64,000 nt of DNA from the IMG/VR virus record IMGVR_UViG_3300033061_002769, positions 1,780-65,779 of that record. One strand, given 5' to 3'. Position numbers and translations under genes: made by a program. Below are positions 47,190-57,167 of this stretch, piece by piece. The notes beneath the pieces are model-generated. The model was not told where the DNA came from. It made no database searches and saw only the letters and a list, made by a program, of their open reading frames with translations. Position 1 is the first letter of the stretch, and the number at the start of each line of letters is the position of its first letter. The DNA comes from a virus. Taxonomy: Duplodnaviria; Caudoviricetes.

Positions 47190-47533
47190 CCCAAATAAGG
47201 CAGAAAGGCTGCGGTAGTTTCTTGAAAGCTGCGAATATCAGCATCTGTTTGTCCATCTTCTTTTTCATCGGAGACTAGTGACGGAAAGATCTTCTCGGGC
47301 GGAATCCGATTGCCCACATGACAAGCGACCAGAGCGTAAAAACGAGCGTCCCACAGACGTTGCTCCAACTGCCATTCAATCAACAGAAGACAAAGTTGAC
47401 GCAGAGTCAACTGACCGGCAGCGGTTCGGCTTAGTCGAAAACGTCCGCAGGCAAGTCGATACCAGACGCCCCACCATCGCTCTTTACCAATACGCCCACT
47501 TTCGGAGCCATTGTGGGCGCTCCGGATTCCCCC
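47186..47533 (-). CDS. Tail assembly chaperone, -1 frame extension (GT-type product)
   Basis: The -1 frame is open from the GGGGGAA heptamer (47527-47533) to the stop at 47186. Confidence 0.7.
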   Translation of the reverse strand, partial: GGIRSAHNGSESGRIGKERWWGVWYRLACGRFRLSRTAAGQLTLRQLCLLLIEWQLEQRLWDARFYALVACHVGNRIPPEKIFPSLVSDEKEDGQTDADIRSFQETTAAFLPYLG

Positions 47534-47958
47534 ATTTCTTCCTTCGTAGGACTGTTAGCAGTCTGCCCCTGCAGGAAGGACTTGAAAATGCTCGGGATGG
47601 AGGCCGGAGTAATCAATCGCCCTACCTGGTGAATTGTGAGAGGCCACTGCGGAACTCCGTCCGCTCCATACTTATGAAGAGACGCCCATAGCAGCGCTCG
47701 CAGATCCCGCATGGAGACAAACTTGAGAACCTGAAAAGGATCAACAACGTCGGCTGTGGAAGGAACTGCTTCTCTGTCAAACTTCCGTGCCTGTTGCAGA
47801 GCTTCTAGAGCAGGCTTGAAGCTCTCAAACAAGGTCGCCAGCGTATCCAAAAAGAACTTGCCGGTAGCCTCCTCGTAAGCAACCATCGTATTTGCATTAA
47901 AGCACATCATGTACTCTTTACCATCCAGTACAATGGGGATGATAGTTTCGGCGATCAC
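47431..47958 (-). CDS. Tail assembly chaperone (G-type)
   Basis: Between the tail tube and tape measure genes; contains ATG GGG GAA. Confidence 0.75.
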   Translation of the reverse strand: MIAETIIPIVLDGKEYMMCFNANTMVAYEEATGKFFLDTLATLFESFKPALEALQQARKFDREAVPSTADVVDPFQVLKFVSMRDLRALLWASLHKYGADGVPQWPLTIHQVGRLITPASIPSIFKSFLQGQTANSPTKEEMGESGAPTMAPKVGVLVKSDGGASGIDLPADVFD

Positions 47959-47966
47959 GTTTCCTC

Positions 47967-48392
47967 CTACGCCCCGACGATGGCATCGGTGATTGCCAGT
48001 TCAATCTTTGCGGACAGAACGTTATCCACCGGTGCTGCAAACGAATGGTCGCCGATGTAGGCAGAGAAGGTGAGCGTACCCGAGGCGCTGGGAAAAATCA
48101 ACTGGTAGCCACGTTTGGTCAACGCCACCATCAGACTCCACAGACCGGTCGCAAACGCATGGGTCACGTCGGCGCTATCGAAGTTAACCTCGAACGTCAC
48201 ATTGCCGGCATCAATCAGTACTGCCAGTTTCTTCCGCCAGAATCCGGCGGTGTCGTGTGTAGTAATGTCCACAATGTGCGGCTTGGCAGTAGGGCCAGCA
48301 ATGGACCGGACCTGACCGATAGTCGCATAAGTTGTTGGTGACGCGGCGTTACCCAACTTTAATTGGGAACCTTTCGCTGTAGTTATCGCCAT
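47967..48392 (-). CDS. Tail tube (major tail) protein
   Basis: 141 aa; IGQVRSIAGP...VDITTHD...IDAGNVTFEVNF. Confidence 0.8.
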   Translation of the reverse strand: MAITTAKGSQLKLGNAASPTTYATIGQVRSIAGPTAKPHIVDITTHDTAGFWRKKLAVLIDAGNVTFEVNFDSADVTHAFATGLWSLMVALTKRGYQLIFPSASGTLTFSAYIGDHSFAAPVDNVLSAKIELAITDAIVGA

Positions 48393-48437
48393 AGCTTTCT
48401 GTTGCTCCTTTGTTTGTTGATTGGTAGACCTGCCACT

Positions 48438-48857
48438 CTATCCAGGCAGGACCACTTTGACTTCTTCTTCCCGGTTTTCGTAGTTCGGCAGGTATTCCAA
48501 CTCGATACCGACTTTACGAAGGAACCGAGACACATCCGTAGCCGTCGCAGTACCACTTTGCAGTCGTTGTTGCCAATAACGCAGCTCCGGTCGTAACTGC
48601 GCCGCGCGATAAACGTTTGAAGTGATATCGATTAGAATTGCTAAACAGCGCTCATCGGCCCGCAAACTACGAATTCCAGCATCCGGTTTGACTTGGATAT
48701 CAAAACACTGCAACATTGCCCGAGCCGCATGCAAAGCAGCGGCCGAGATACGATGAGGACTTGATTTGCCCGGAGCAGTGGACGGGGCGTTTTCAGCAAG
48801 GAACATATTACCGATCCAGTTCCCAGTCTCTGAAAAGACCTTCAGTTTCAGGAGCAA
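48438..48857 (-). CDS. Hypothetical protein
   Basis: 139-aa ORF in operon orientation; start uncertain. Confidence 0.5.
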   Translation of the reverse strand: MLLKLKVFSETGNWIGNMFLAENAPSTAPGKSSPHRISAAALHAARAMLQCFDIQVKPDAGIRSLRADERCLAILIDITSNVYRAAQLRPELRYWQQRLQSGTATATDVSRFLRKVGIELEYLPNYENREEEVKVVLPG

Positions 48858-49110
48858 AACGAGGTTCTGTATCGGTGTGAGAAGTTACATTGACCTCTCG
48901 TTTAATCTGTTTTCCGCCGGAATCAAAAAGAGTCGGCATCGGAGGAGCAACAGGCTTCGCTACAGAATGAATGCTTCGAACATGGTCGTCCATTAAAGAC
49001 AAATCATAGGTATCGTATTCGCACTGCGTTCCGTCAGGCCAAGTCTTGTTGCAGAGATAGCGCGTCTGCCCACACCAGATGAAAGTCTCATATGTTATGG
49101 AACCTGCCAT
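48808..49110 (-). CDS. Hypothetical protein
   Basis: 100-aa ORF with RBS; Cys-containing N-terminus. Confidence 0.55.
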   Translation of the reverse strand: MAGSITYETFIWCGQTRYLCNKTWPDGTQCEYDTYDLSLMDDHVRSIHSVAKPVAPPMPTLFDSGGKQIKREVNVTSHTDTEPRFAPETEGLFRDWELDR

Positions 49111-49181
49111 TTTCCCCTCTTACCGAACGCCATCCCGACCAAACCAAGCCAGAAGCATCGCCAATACCCAAAAGAGCTTTT

Positions 49182-49583
49182 TCATCGCGCCTTCATCACC
49201 CGCCAGTTGGATGTAAGATTCGGACGCCCGTTGGCATCGTTGAATTGCAGTGGTCCCTGTTGCATGGCCTGAATGTAAGCGTAACCCACCAACGGGTCAG
49301 GACTACCTACCAGACCGGCTTTGGCGTCCTGAAGCGCATCGAAGATTGCCTGCCATTTTGCATAGGCCGTTGCATAATCCAAACGACCGGCACGCACACG
49401 GGTTTGGAATGTCAGTTTCAGATTCTCACGTCCCAACGTATCGGCCGAGTATCCACCGGTCGAAAACACAGCAACTACCTGCGCTTGATCATCAGGACAA
49501 TAGCCAATATAGCAAGGCCAGCCTGTAGCTCCGCCCACCAGACCCTTAGCCGTCAGGTAATCCCTGATGTTGTCAAGCAGCAT
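49182..49583 (-). CDS. Tail terminator/minor capsid-type protein
   Basis: 133 aa in neck position; N-terminal LLDNIRDYL and C-terminal D.NGRP...N. Confidence 0.7.
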   Translation of the reverse strand: MLLDNIRDYLTAKGLVGGATGWPCYIGYCPDDQAQVVAVFSTGGYSADTLGRENLKLTFQTRVRAGRLDYATAYAKWQAIFDALQDAKAGLVGSPDPLVGYAYIQAMQQGPLQFNDANGRPNLTSNWRVMKAR

Positions 49584-49589
49584 TGTGAT

Positions 49590-49919
49590 TTACTTGACTA
49601 CAACCACCGGCACCGGGTCCTTAGGACGCATTGTGGTACCAAAGATTTTGAGCCAATGGATTTTGCCCTTGGCATCCCGCCAGCCAATTGACTTCGCATT
49701 TTTGATAAACGTGTACTTACTGCCTGTCTCCAGACTAGCCCCGCAGCCTTCGGTTATCCAAAGCACATCGGCCAATTCAATCGTGTACAGGCATCGGTGC
49801 ATCCCTAACGTGCTTACTGTATACCGACTGAACACCAAACCCGTTTCCTCCCGGGCGTCGGCAACGATAGACAACACCCCCAACAGAAGCAAGAATCCCA
49901 AAAAGATACGCATGTTCAT
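49590..49919 (-). CDS. Small signal-peptide protein inserted in the neck module
   Basis: MRIFLGFLLLLGVLSIVADA. Confidence 0.55.
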   Translation of the reverse strand: MNMRIFLGFLLLLGVLSIVADAREETGLVFSRYTVSTLGMHRCLYTIELADVLWITEGCGASLETGSKYTFIKNAKSIGWRDAKGKIHWLKIFGTTMRPKDPVPVVVVK

Positions 49920-49943
49920 TCTCCTCTGCCAGATTATACTGGA

Positions 49944-50375
49944 TTATAAAACTCCGAGCACACGTTTGATGCTATCTAAAATTCGGCCTGGCAATTCGCT
50001 TTGTCGGTCTTTCAATGGATTCTCCAAAAACTTCGGTCCGCTGCCCGGCTTCGACCAAGCTACTACCGGGTCCAAATTCTCATGCACATATACAGCATAG
50101 CCAACGGCCTCACTTCCATAACCCAGATCAATAGCCACACCCTCTTCAGTATCATAAGCAAACTCCGGTGTGACGCCCGGAGGGGTATGTCTGCCTACAT
50201 GCCCACTGTTCATCAGTGCACTTGTGTCTACCGGGCAGACTTCTTTGGACGCCGCCATAACCTCTTCGGCAAACAGATAAAGCCCCTGCTTAGCGGCCGT
50301 CCGCACTTTGCCCATGTCCAGTTTGTTGCCCAAACCACTCAAGTCGAGCGTAAACGTGAAATCATCCACTGGCAC
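49944..50375 (-). CDS. HK97 gp10-like neck protein
   Basis: CPVDTSALMNS, YAVYVHE and KFLENP. Confidence 0.8.
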   Translation of the reverse strand: MPVDDFTFTLDLSGLGNKLDMGKVRTAAKQGLYLFAEEVMAASKEVCPVDTSALMNSGHVGRHTPPGVTPEFAYDTEEGVAIDLGYGSEAVGYAVYVHENLDPVVAWSKPGSGPKFLENPLKDRQSELPGRILDSIKRVLGVL

Positions 50376-50718
50376 TCCCCATCACGACTTTTACATACTG
50401 GTCGCTTACTTCGTCCACATGCCGTTCGATATTGAGTATAGGAGGAAACGGAGCTGCATCCCCTAGGATGTAGACACAATCCTCGTAACCAATATTAGGA
50501 GTCGCCAAAATGATGATCTCCGAACTAGAAACGACTTCAGCACCTTCACCACGAACACGAGCCTGTGCTGGAACACGAGACTTCTTGTAGATGCGCCGCC
50601 CCGTGAAAGTCTGTGCTGCGCCATAGACCGGTTTCCCGTAAGCGTCACGTGACGCCAATGGTGTCCATACCACAGTCTGTGGACACATGTCCATGAAATC
50701 ATCGACAAAGCTAGACAC
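50362..50718 (-). CDS. Head closure/stopper protein
   Basis: 118 aa, RDAYGKP motif, neck position. Confidence 0.7.
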   Translation of the reverse strand: MSSFVDDFMDMCPQTVVWTPLASRDAYGKPVYGAAQTFTGRRIYKKSRVPAQARVRGEGAEVVSSSEIIILATPNIGYEDCVYILGDAAPFPPILNIERHVDEVSDQYVKVVMGSASG

Positions 50719-51388
50719 GAGTTGTCTCCAAGAGCGATTCCAAAGATTGAAATGGCCAACACTTCAATCCAGACTCCGGTGTAGCATTGATCACCTCAAC
50801 TCCAATTTTAGCCAGCGGCTCTACCAGTGAATCAAAACAGGGCAGCATTGAATCGCGAATGACACTCTCGAATCCATCAGGGCGTATCTCATCATGCCAA
50901 TGCGTACGGCCATTAATAGCGCGCATGTCCACGCCCAAAAGCACAATCCGCCGAACGTCGTAATGCACAGCCAGATTCATCGCCTGATAAGTACTGTTCG
51001 ACCCATGACGCAGTCCCAACGGGGCCGTCTCCAATCCAAGCTGCCCAGTCAGCCGCAAATAATGAACTTGCGGATGGCCCTGAAAAGCTGGGCTGCTCGT
51101 CACCCAGAAGCCCCGATAAATCATTTCGTGGAAGCATACGGGTGAAGCCGGAACCGTACTTATTGAACGAAGGTTCTTGGCCATCTGATACTGCCACCAA
51201 TGCTCATCACAGAAATAGAAGACCGATGCCCAGGGTGCCAACCGCCAACTGTCATTAATAGTAATCACCCGTCCATGACCCCGAAGAACATCAGCATCGA
51301 ATCCTCGCAATGACGGGCCGCCGGCAAGGATAAAGCAGGTTTCATCAGGCCATGATTTAGGTACTGACCAAAGCATCTCTTTCCTCAC
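50711..51388 (-). CDS. DUF115/MptE-like putative glycosyltransferase
   Basis: ILAGGPSL, ITIN, GSNSTYQAMN and IVLLGVDM; paralog of 22476-23048. Confidence 0.6.
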   Translation of the reverse strand: MRKEMLWSVPKSWPDETCFILAGGPSLRGFDADVLRGHGRVITINDSWRLAPWASVFYFCDEHWWQYQMAKNLRSISTVPASPVCFHEMIYRGFWVTSSPAFQGHPQVHYLRLTGQLGLETAPLGLRHGSNSTYQAMNLAVHYDVRRIVLLGVDMRAINGRTHWHDEIRPDGFESVIRDSMLPCFDSLVEPLAKIGVEVINATPESGLKCWPFQSLESLLETTRV

Positions 51389-54300
51389 TTATACGGAGAG
51401 TTTCCGCTACAACCTCTACCGTCTCTGATAAATCTCCGTTGATGAAATGAACTCCTGAGCACGCAAATGCACCCTGATAGATCGGTAAATTCCGCATCAG
51501 CACCGGCATTCCCCAGGCCAATGCTTCTCGGGGAACGAGTGGTGACAACTCCGAGGTGGAGGTAAACAGCAGCACATCCATCGCTGCGTAGAAGCGGTCC
51601 ACATCATTACGTTCACCCCAGATGTTACAGTTGACAGGACGGATCTTCATCAACGGTTCCCAGTAATCTGAAAAATTTAGCGCCTGATTCCCAACAAAAT
51701 GGAACTCAACAGCCGGCAACTCCCGCGCGATCTCAAAAGCTTCACGCTGATTCTTGCCTGGTGTAAAGAGCCCAACGTTAAGTACATGTTTCAGATCTGG
51801 ATCTAGACCCAGCGAGGTCAGAGCTATCGTCCTATCGGGCCGTACCTTCGGAGAGACTGAATATTCAGCAATCGAACACGGTATGAGCGGGTGGGCTTCT
51901 CGGCACAGATCAGCGTGATGTTGACAAACAACGACAAACGCATCGGGTATCCATCGCTTTGCTCTTGGATCGAAGCTACTGTCGTGGGATGTCTCGACAA
52001 GGCGGTAGCGCCTGTCGTTACGGTAAAGCACTTCACAAGCAGGGTTCGGAAGGAAGTACTCAGCGTGCTCTTGTAGGTGCACGATGTCTGGATTGAACTC
52101 AGTTAGCATCTCGGACAGCGCCGCCACACGATTCATGTGTCCATGGAATGGATGAAGGATGCCCATATCCTCGATTTGCTTCCTCTGCACCACGAAGTCC
52201 GACCCGTAGTAGTTCCATTCAACCACACACACTTCGGCCCCGACCGCGCGCAGGTCCCGAACACAGTTGAGCGCATACTGCGGAAGTCCGCCGGTGGAGA
52301 GATGCGGAACGATCTCCAGCACCCGCCAAGGATGAATGCCTAGAACTTCCGGGAACTGGGTCACCCTCTGAGGCATTGCTTCCGGGAACTGGGTTGCGCT
52401 CCGGGGCATTGGCAGAGCCGAGTTGATCGCGTCCTTCACCATCTCGACTGTAATTGCCTTGGTGCATTCGAAGTTCTTCTCACGTGGACACCATTCGGGG
52501 TCGGCTCGGTTGAGTAGATAAGTCGTGTCGTTGAAGCACCCGTGACATACGGACTCATTGATGACTCGGTAGCAGTCCTGCATCTCCACGTAGCGTGGGG
52601 TCATTCCGGATATGAGCACGACAGGGACGCCAAGAGCCCAAGCAACCCAGGCGAGGCCCGAGGATACACCGATGAACAGATCCGCGTGCTGAATGTTTCG
52701 GATTGTCTCCTCAATAGGCCGATCGTTCCAGCGCAATACACCGCCAAGGTGAGTAGGTTCCTTGCTCACGGAGGCTACAGAATAGCCCATGGTAGATAGG
52801 TAATCGGCAATAGCCTGCCACTTGTCTTGTGTCCACTGCTTCCCCACGTACCCGCGCGAGTAAGCGCGCTCGGCCTGGCCAATGACTTGAAATGCCGAGA
52901 ACTCAGAGAACGCGACATACTTCTCTTTGGGGGCAGGCAAATCAGAGGTGTAAATCTTCGGCCGAATCTCCCGGTAGTCCAATCCCAATATATCCGAAGC
53001 CACCTTTTGTAGCGGTATAGTACGCCAAGGAATGCGGTTGCGGTGGCCTCCGTCCCCATCCCAAGCCCCAATGAGGTAAGTCGCACAGTAGCTTTCACGC
53101 TGGGCTTCACCTGGGTTGTAGAATGTGATTTCCGGGTAGGCAGACTCAAACAAATCCTTCCAGAATGTCTCAACCTCGACTTGGCAACCACATTGCTGGC
53201 GCAGTTCATCGGCATAGGGCATCCAGGCCACTGTGTCTCCCAATGCGGAACTAGTGAGCACCACGAGCACACGCTTGCCCCGCAAGTCCATCTCGTGACG
53301 CAACACCTCGACTCCGTTCTCCGTCACTGTGACTCGCCAAGGGATGCGATACCTCGGGTTCGCGGCGGCATAATAGCCCGGTCCGATGGTCGTCGTATAG
53401 ACATTCTCACCAGTCGCCATGTTGTCAAATCGGACAGTGCACTCAGTCTTAGAATCCTCACTGACGCGGACAAATGCTCCATCATTGAACAGTAGGCGAA
53501 CCTGGCTACCACCCGGAGTAACGACCGCCCGAGGAGGCCCATCCGACTGCTCTCCCGAGAGCGCAGCAATGACTTCGGGAGGGCCAGCGGCAAACATACC
53601 GATCCGAACAGCAGGGTTACCCAAAGACATCACGTCAAAGAATGGAAACTTCGTGCGGAGTAACTTCCTGAACGCCGCATATCCACCATCGAGGTGATAC
53701 TCGCCTACAATGAAGCCAATTCTGTTGGCAGCGACGAAAGAACTCATCTGCTTGACAATCTCCACTTCGCTGCCCTCGCAGTCAAGCTTCAACAGATCGA
53801 TATAGACAGCTTCCTCAGCCACGTTTTCCATCGTTACCGACGGCACACCGGTCTCGCTTATCTCTCGCTCGCCGGCCGCTCCACCAGGAAGGGCATACAC
53901 ACCCTCCTTGGTGGTCAGAATCCCGCCCCCAGTCGGATAACCTCTGTGTTCCGCAAGCACAGTCTTCTCGGGTTCGTAAGAGACCGCCTGCCGCCGGACC
54001 TGAACACTCGTTCTGCCGTTCGCCCTCATGTTCCGCTCATACAGAGAGGCAGATTGCCGGTTGGGTTCATAGACAATTAAGTGACTCTCAGGCCACAACG
54101 ATTTCGCCAGCAACCCGAACGTCCCGATGTTTCCACCCACATCCACAATGGTCTCCGGCTTCGGGATCAGTTTGGACAATTCCCTCAAGCAGTAGCAGTC
54201 GTTGATGATCACCTCATCCACAACGTAGCGGTCGCGCTCATGCGGCAACTGAATCACCATCCCATCCGCTTCAGTAACACAGGACCGAAGATGCTTGTAC

Positions 54301-56276
54301 CTCTCATGGATCATGTCAGTAAGCGCCTGTTGGCAATCAGCCAGTTGGTGCACAACTGAGGCGGAATGAAAGCGGTAGTGAAAAAGGGGTTTCTGTACCA
54401 CAGCTACCTGCCATCCTGCCAGCATGATTTTGATCCAGAGATCCCAATCCTCGTGCCGCTCCTGCTCGTCAAACCCACCGGCCTCTGACCACGCCTGTTT
54501 GCGGAACATAGAGGCGCAGAAAACCGGGTTGGACTGGAACATGTCGATAAGCGTAATCCTGTCCGGTGGGTTCCAGCTATTCTCCTGCTCACCGAAACAC
54601 TGAATGCCAGTGGAGACCAACCCGACACATTCAGTTATCTTCGCCCGGCATTCCTCGATGTACGTGGACGCAATCCAGTCATCCGAGTCAAGGCAGATAA
54701 TATACTCTCCAGACGCGGCCTCGATCCCTCTATTCTTAGCAGCCCCTTGGGTGCCCGTAGCCTGCAATACCTTTACCTGAGGGTAGCGAGCAGCGACTTC
54801 CAAACTGTCATCAGTCGAGCCGTCATCCACCACGATGATCTCCTGCGGCAGCACGGTCTGCTTCAAACAAGACTCAATTGTCTCTGCTAGGTAGCGACCA
54901 TAGTTCAAATTCGGGATCACTACGGTAACCGCCGCCCCCTCCCTGGCGTTCGCCTTGAACACGTAGGGAATATTCACGTGTGTCGAGTCCACATTGGAGA
55001 AGTCCATCGCCTCCACGTGTATCTTCTCACCATACAGGAATCGCCCATTGAGTTCTTCCGCACTACCGCCCATTGACTTCTGCGGCCATGCCGTCTGCAC
55101 CACGTTATGTGGAATGCCAACTAGGCTATTCCACTGATCGTAAACGACTTCCAACTGCCTACCCCTGCGCTGCATGGCAGCCTCCAATCGGTTCGGACAG
55201 TCAAAGTCAAGATCCGCTATCAGCGGCAGAATTTCATCAGTGCGTAATACATGACCATCAAGCGAGTAGGAGTAACGGAAATTCTCGCTACCCGGAGATT
55301 GAGGAGCATCCGTATGCCAATCACGCACAACATTCAACCCTAAACGATAAGAGAAGCACTGCCCTAAGTTCAGACGTGGAACCACGGGAGCCGACCGATA
55401 GAATACATCATCATCTACAAAAAAGACGGTCTGCTCGCATGGTTCAATGAGCTTCAGCAAGCTCCCCTTGAAATCGTCCCCCTGCAAGACAAACTGAACA
55501 CCCTTATGACCTTGCATCAAGACCTGATAACCTTTGCTGTAGTTAGCCCCCGTAGCAAGATACAAAACTTTCACTGGAAACAGGTCAGGAGCGAATCGTT
55601 CCATGCTGTTCAACAGCGCATCCAACTGCATCGCGCGATTCTTGGAGAAGATAATAACGTTCGGCTTCAATGCTTTCCTCCGCAACAATATATCGTCGTA
55701 GTCCTCTTCGACCACTTCAAAATCAGGGAGCATGGCCAGGAACTCGTCACGCAATGCCTGACCCTCATACATCTCGATCTTGTAGGACTCAACAAAGATC
55801 CAGTCGGTCTGGCCGAGAATTTTCCGGCCGCCCCTAACCATGTCCTTCTCAGCACCTTGGATGTCCGCCCAGAGCAGATCGATGTGGGAGATTTCGTGCA
55901 TCCATGCTAGATCATCCAACGTCAAGCAAGACACAATCACTGAACGGTCAAAAGTGATCTCAGGATGAACCGTCGTGTGCAGTTTCGGCTTGCGAATGGA
56001 ACTGGAGCGGGCTGTCTCGATGGCACTTTCATCCCCGGACAGGTAGAAGTCGATATCGCCACCGTGGGAAGCGACAGCCACGGAGAGTGGGTAGATGCCA
56101 GGAACCTCCCGCAAGATTGGAAAATGCCTCGGGTCAGGCTCAACAGCGATATAGACTGGGAAGCCATTGCAAGCTGCCCGCAGCCAACGTGTATCTGCAC
56201 CTTGGTGTGCCCCCAGTTCCACAACCACCGGGCTGTTCAGTCTGGCCAGGATCTGCTGAATGCGGGATTTGATCAT
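51357..56276 (-). CDS. 1639-aa glycosylation mega-enzyme: FkbM MTase + GT-A-like + GT2 + FkbM MTase + Aah/TibC-type heptosyltransferase + GT4-like
   Basis: VELGAHQG/DIQGAE; IIFSKNR..DDDVFY; VVIPNLNYG..LDSDD; VDVGGNIG/KLDCEGSE; ALGDTVAW.PY, FIGVSSGLAW and CHGC..WCP..FECT; PHLSTGG, NVGLFTPGKNQ and ELSPLVPREAL. Confidence 0.88.
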   Translation of the reverse strand: MIKSRIQQILARLNSPVVVELGAHQGADTRWLRAACNGFPVYIAVEPDPRHFPILREVPGIYPLSVAVASHGGDIDFYLSGDESAIETARSSSIRKPKLHTTVHPEITFDRSVIVSCLTLDDLAWMHEISHIDLLWADIQGAEKDMVRGGRKILGQTDWIFVESYKIEMYEGQALRDEFLAMLPDFEVVEEDYDDILLRRKALKPNVIIFSKNRAMQLDALLNSMERFAPDLFPVKVLYLATGANYSKGYQVLMQGHKGVQFVLQGDDFKGSLLKLIEPCEQTVFFVDDDVFYRSAPVVPRLNLGQCFSYRLGLNVVRDWHTDAPQSPGSENFRYSYSLDGHVLRTDEILPLIADLDFDCPNRLEAAMQRRGRQLEVVYDQWNSLVGIPHNVVQTAWPQKSMGGSAEELNGRFLYGEKIHVEAMDFSNVDSTHVNIPYVFKANAREGAAVTVVIPNLNYGRYLAETIESCLKQTVLPQEIIVVDDGSTDDSLEVAARYPQVKVLQATGTQGAAKNRGIEAASGEYIICLDSDDWIASTYIEECRAKITECVGLVSTGIQCFGEQENSWNPPDRITLIDMFQSNPVFCASMFRKQAWSEAGGFDEQERHEDWDLWIKIMLAGWQVAVVQKPLFHYRFHSASVVHQLADCQQALTDMIHERYKHLRSCVTEADGMVIQLPHERDRYVVDEVIINDCYCLRELSKLIPKPETIVDVGGNIGTFGLLAKSLWPESHLIVYEPNRQSASLYERNMRANGRTSVQVRRQAVSYEPEKTVLAEHRGYPTGGGILTTKEGVYALPGGAAGEREISETGVPSVTMENVAEEAVYIDLLKLDCEGSEVEIVKQMSSFVAANRIGFIVGEYHLDGGYAAFRKLLRTKFPFFDVMSLGNPAVRIGMFAAGPPEVIAALSGEQSDGPPRAVVTPGGSQVRLLFNDGAFVRVSEDSKTECTVRFDNMATGENVYTTTIGPGYYAAANPRYRIPWRVTVTENGVEVLRHEMDLRGKRVLVVLTSSALGDTVAWMPYADELRQQCGCQVEVETFWKDLFESAYPEITFYNPGEAQRESYCATYLIGAWDGDGGHRNRIPWRTIPLQKVASDILGLDYREIRPKIYTSDLPAPKEKYVAFSEFSAFQVIGQAERAYSRGYVGKQWTQDKWQAIADYLSTMGYSVASVSKEPTHLGGVLRWNDRPIEETIRNIQHADLFIGVSSGLAWVAWALGVPVVLISGMTPRYVEMQDCYRVINESVCHGCFNDTTYLLNRADPEWCPREKNFECTKAITVEMVKDAINSALPMPRSATQFPEAMPQRVTQFPEVLGIHPWRVLEIVPHLSTGGLPQYALNCVRDLRAVGAEVCVVEWNYYGSDFVVQRKQIEDMGILHPFHGHMNRVAALSEMLTEFNPDIVHLQEHAEYFLPNPACEVLYRNDRRYRLVETSHDSSFDPRAKRWIPDAFVVVCQHHADLCREAHPLIPCSIAEYSVSPKVRPDRTIALTSLGLDPDLKHVLNVGLFTPGKNQREAFEIARELPAVEFHFVGNQALNFSDYWEPLMKIRPVNCNIWGERNDVDRFYAAMDVLLFTSTSELSPLVPREALAWGMPVLMRNLPIYQGAFACSGVHFINGDLSETVEVVAETLRISEERDALVST

Positions 56277-56333
56277 ATGAAGATGATACCGGAACTGCGG
56301 GCTAAGTCAAGAGTTTTTTCAGGCGTTGTAGAT

Positions 56334-57167
56334 TCAAGCCAACCCGTCCACAGTTTTGACGGCAGCGACGGCCAAGCCGTAAAAAGTTTTCACGCTTGCT
56401 TTTACAAGATCATTGATGGTTTTGAGGTTGCCGCCCGCCGCCGGGATGAAGTAGCGGCGGTATTGGGGGACGAGGATGTTTGAGTATGGATCATTGTACA
56501 GACTGAGAATTTCTTTAGAACTTAACACCCGGTTATAGACGCTGACATCTCGGATCTGTCCGGCCCAATATGCCGCAACGGCTGCACTCCATCGACCCAT
56601 GTTAAATGACATTACATCGTTAGAGGTGTTCGTTGGATTCGCCGCGAACATGATGCCGTTCACACTCATGTACCCTTCCGCAGCGGACACGCGGCTCAAC
56701 GAGATGTGAGTCCAATTGGTGGTAGTTGGGACACCAGAATCTATGTAGATGTTTGCCTGATATACCTGGACTGTTCCGTCCCTGTTGGGAACGATCGCTC
56801 CATCGGGAATACCGCTACTATCGCCTAATCCTAATGCTCCACCGACACTTGAGCCCGTCGAGGCTGGCTTACAGTCCACAACTAGTGTCCATCCATCCCG
56901 AGGCAACGGCAGCGTTCCGATCACCACGCAATCGTCGCTCCCATCAAAGTCAAGACAAAACCCTCGACTGGACCCGACCCAGTCGGTTGCTGGGTCCATG
57001 CCAGTTAAAGTGCCAACATCACCTCGGACTACATTCAGCAAAGAACTACCTGCGCCCTCATTGATCAGCCATCTACCAACCAACCCTCTCGACATCGGAT
57101 GCCCCAGGTCGATCATCGAACCTGGGGGAGGTTTGGTGTAGCCACGGCCTGCGCGGGAATAACTCAT
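56334..57167 (-). CDS. LamG/concanavalin A-like virion lectin-fold protein
   Basis: GLVGRWLINEGAG, LDFDGSDD, WTHI and GQIRDVSVYNRVLS. Confidence 0.8.
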   Translation of the reverse strand: MSYSRAGRGYTKPPPGSMIDLGHPMSRGLVGRWLINEGAGSSLLNVVRGDVGTLTGMDPATDWVGSSRGFCLDFDGSDDCVVIGTLPLPRDGWTLVVDCKPASTGSSVGGALGLGDSSGIPDGAIVPNRDGTVQVYQANIYIDSGVPTTTNWTHISLSRVSAAEGYMSVNGIMFAANPTNTSNDVMSFNMGRWSAAVAAYWAGQIRDVSVYNRVLSSKEILSLYNDPYSNILVPQYRRYFIPAAGGNLKTINDLVKASVKTFYGLAVAAVKTVDGLA

